From IMG/VR virus record IMGVR_UViG_3300005512_000073, positions 1 through 44,975 of that record: a stretch of DNA of 44,975 nt; one strand, written 5' to 3'. The position numbers were made by a program, and so were the translations under genes. The DNA is from a virus (lineage: Duplodnaviria; Caudoviricetes). The notes below the pieces were generated by a model. It ran no database searches, was not told the DNA's origin, and worked only from the letters and a program-made list of their open reading frames with translations. Shown piece by piece: positions 44,962 through 44,975 of this stretch (positions are counted from its first letter, which is position 1; every line of letters begins with the position of its first letter).

Positions 44962-44975
44962 TTAGATTACCACTT

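Noticed and set aside
1-44975. Alternative genetic code
   Set aside because: Core genes are full length under code 11, and all three stop codons terminate genes.

Overview
AT-rich segment of a large T4-like myophage genome, probably aquatic and probably infecting an alphaproteobacterium (inferred from GANTC-containing promoters, a leaderless gene and a B12-dependent RNR). Left to right it contains: (1) a baseplate/tail module (gp27-like, gp53, gp48, gp4, gp2, gp54, gp26, gp51, tape measure); (2) gp32, a 2OG oxygenase and gp33; (3) a hyperplastic early region of small ORFs behind repeated sigma70 promoters, with tRNA-Arg(TCT); (4) an ~11.5 kb glycan synthesis/decoration cluster; (5) PhoH, RNase H, two nucleases and class II NrdJ; (6) spanins and late head-associated genes. 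The notable points are: a predicted -1 frameshift joining gp26 to gp51; a ~140-nt structured RNA with its own promoter directly downstream of a late kinase + RelE-like RNase pair carrying capsid-targeting-like N-termini; a 60-bp promoter/G-rich element duplicated 32.6 kb apart; an RNase H gene lacking a canonical start codon; candidate NrdR boxes before nrdJ; and an apparent deletion or misjoin near 1310. All product calls come from motif and synteny recognition by eye; no database search was run.
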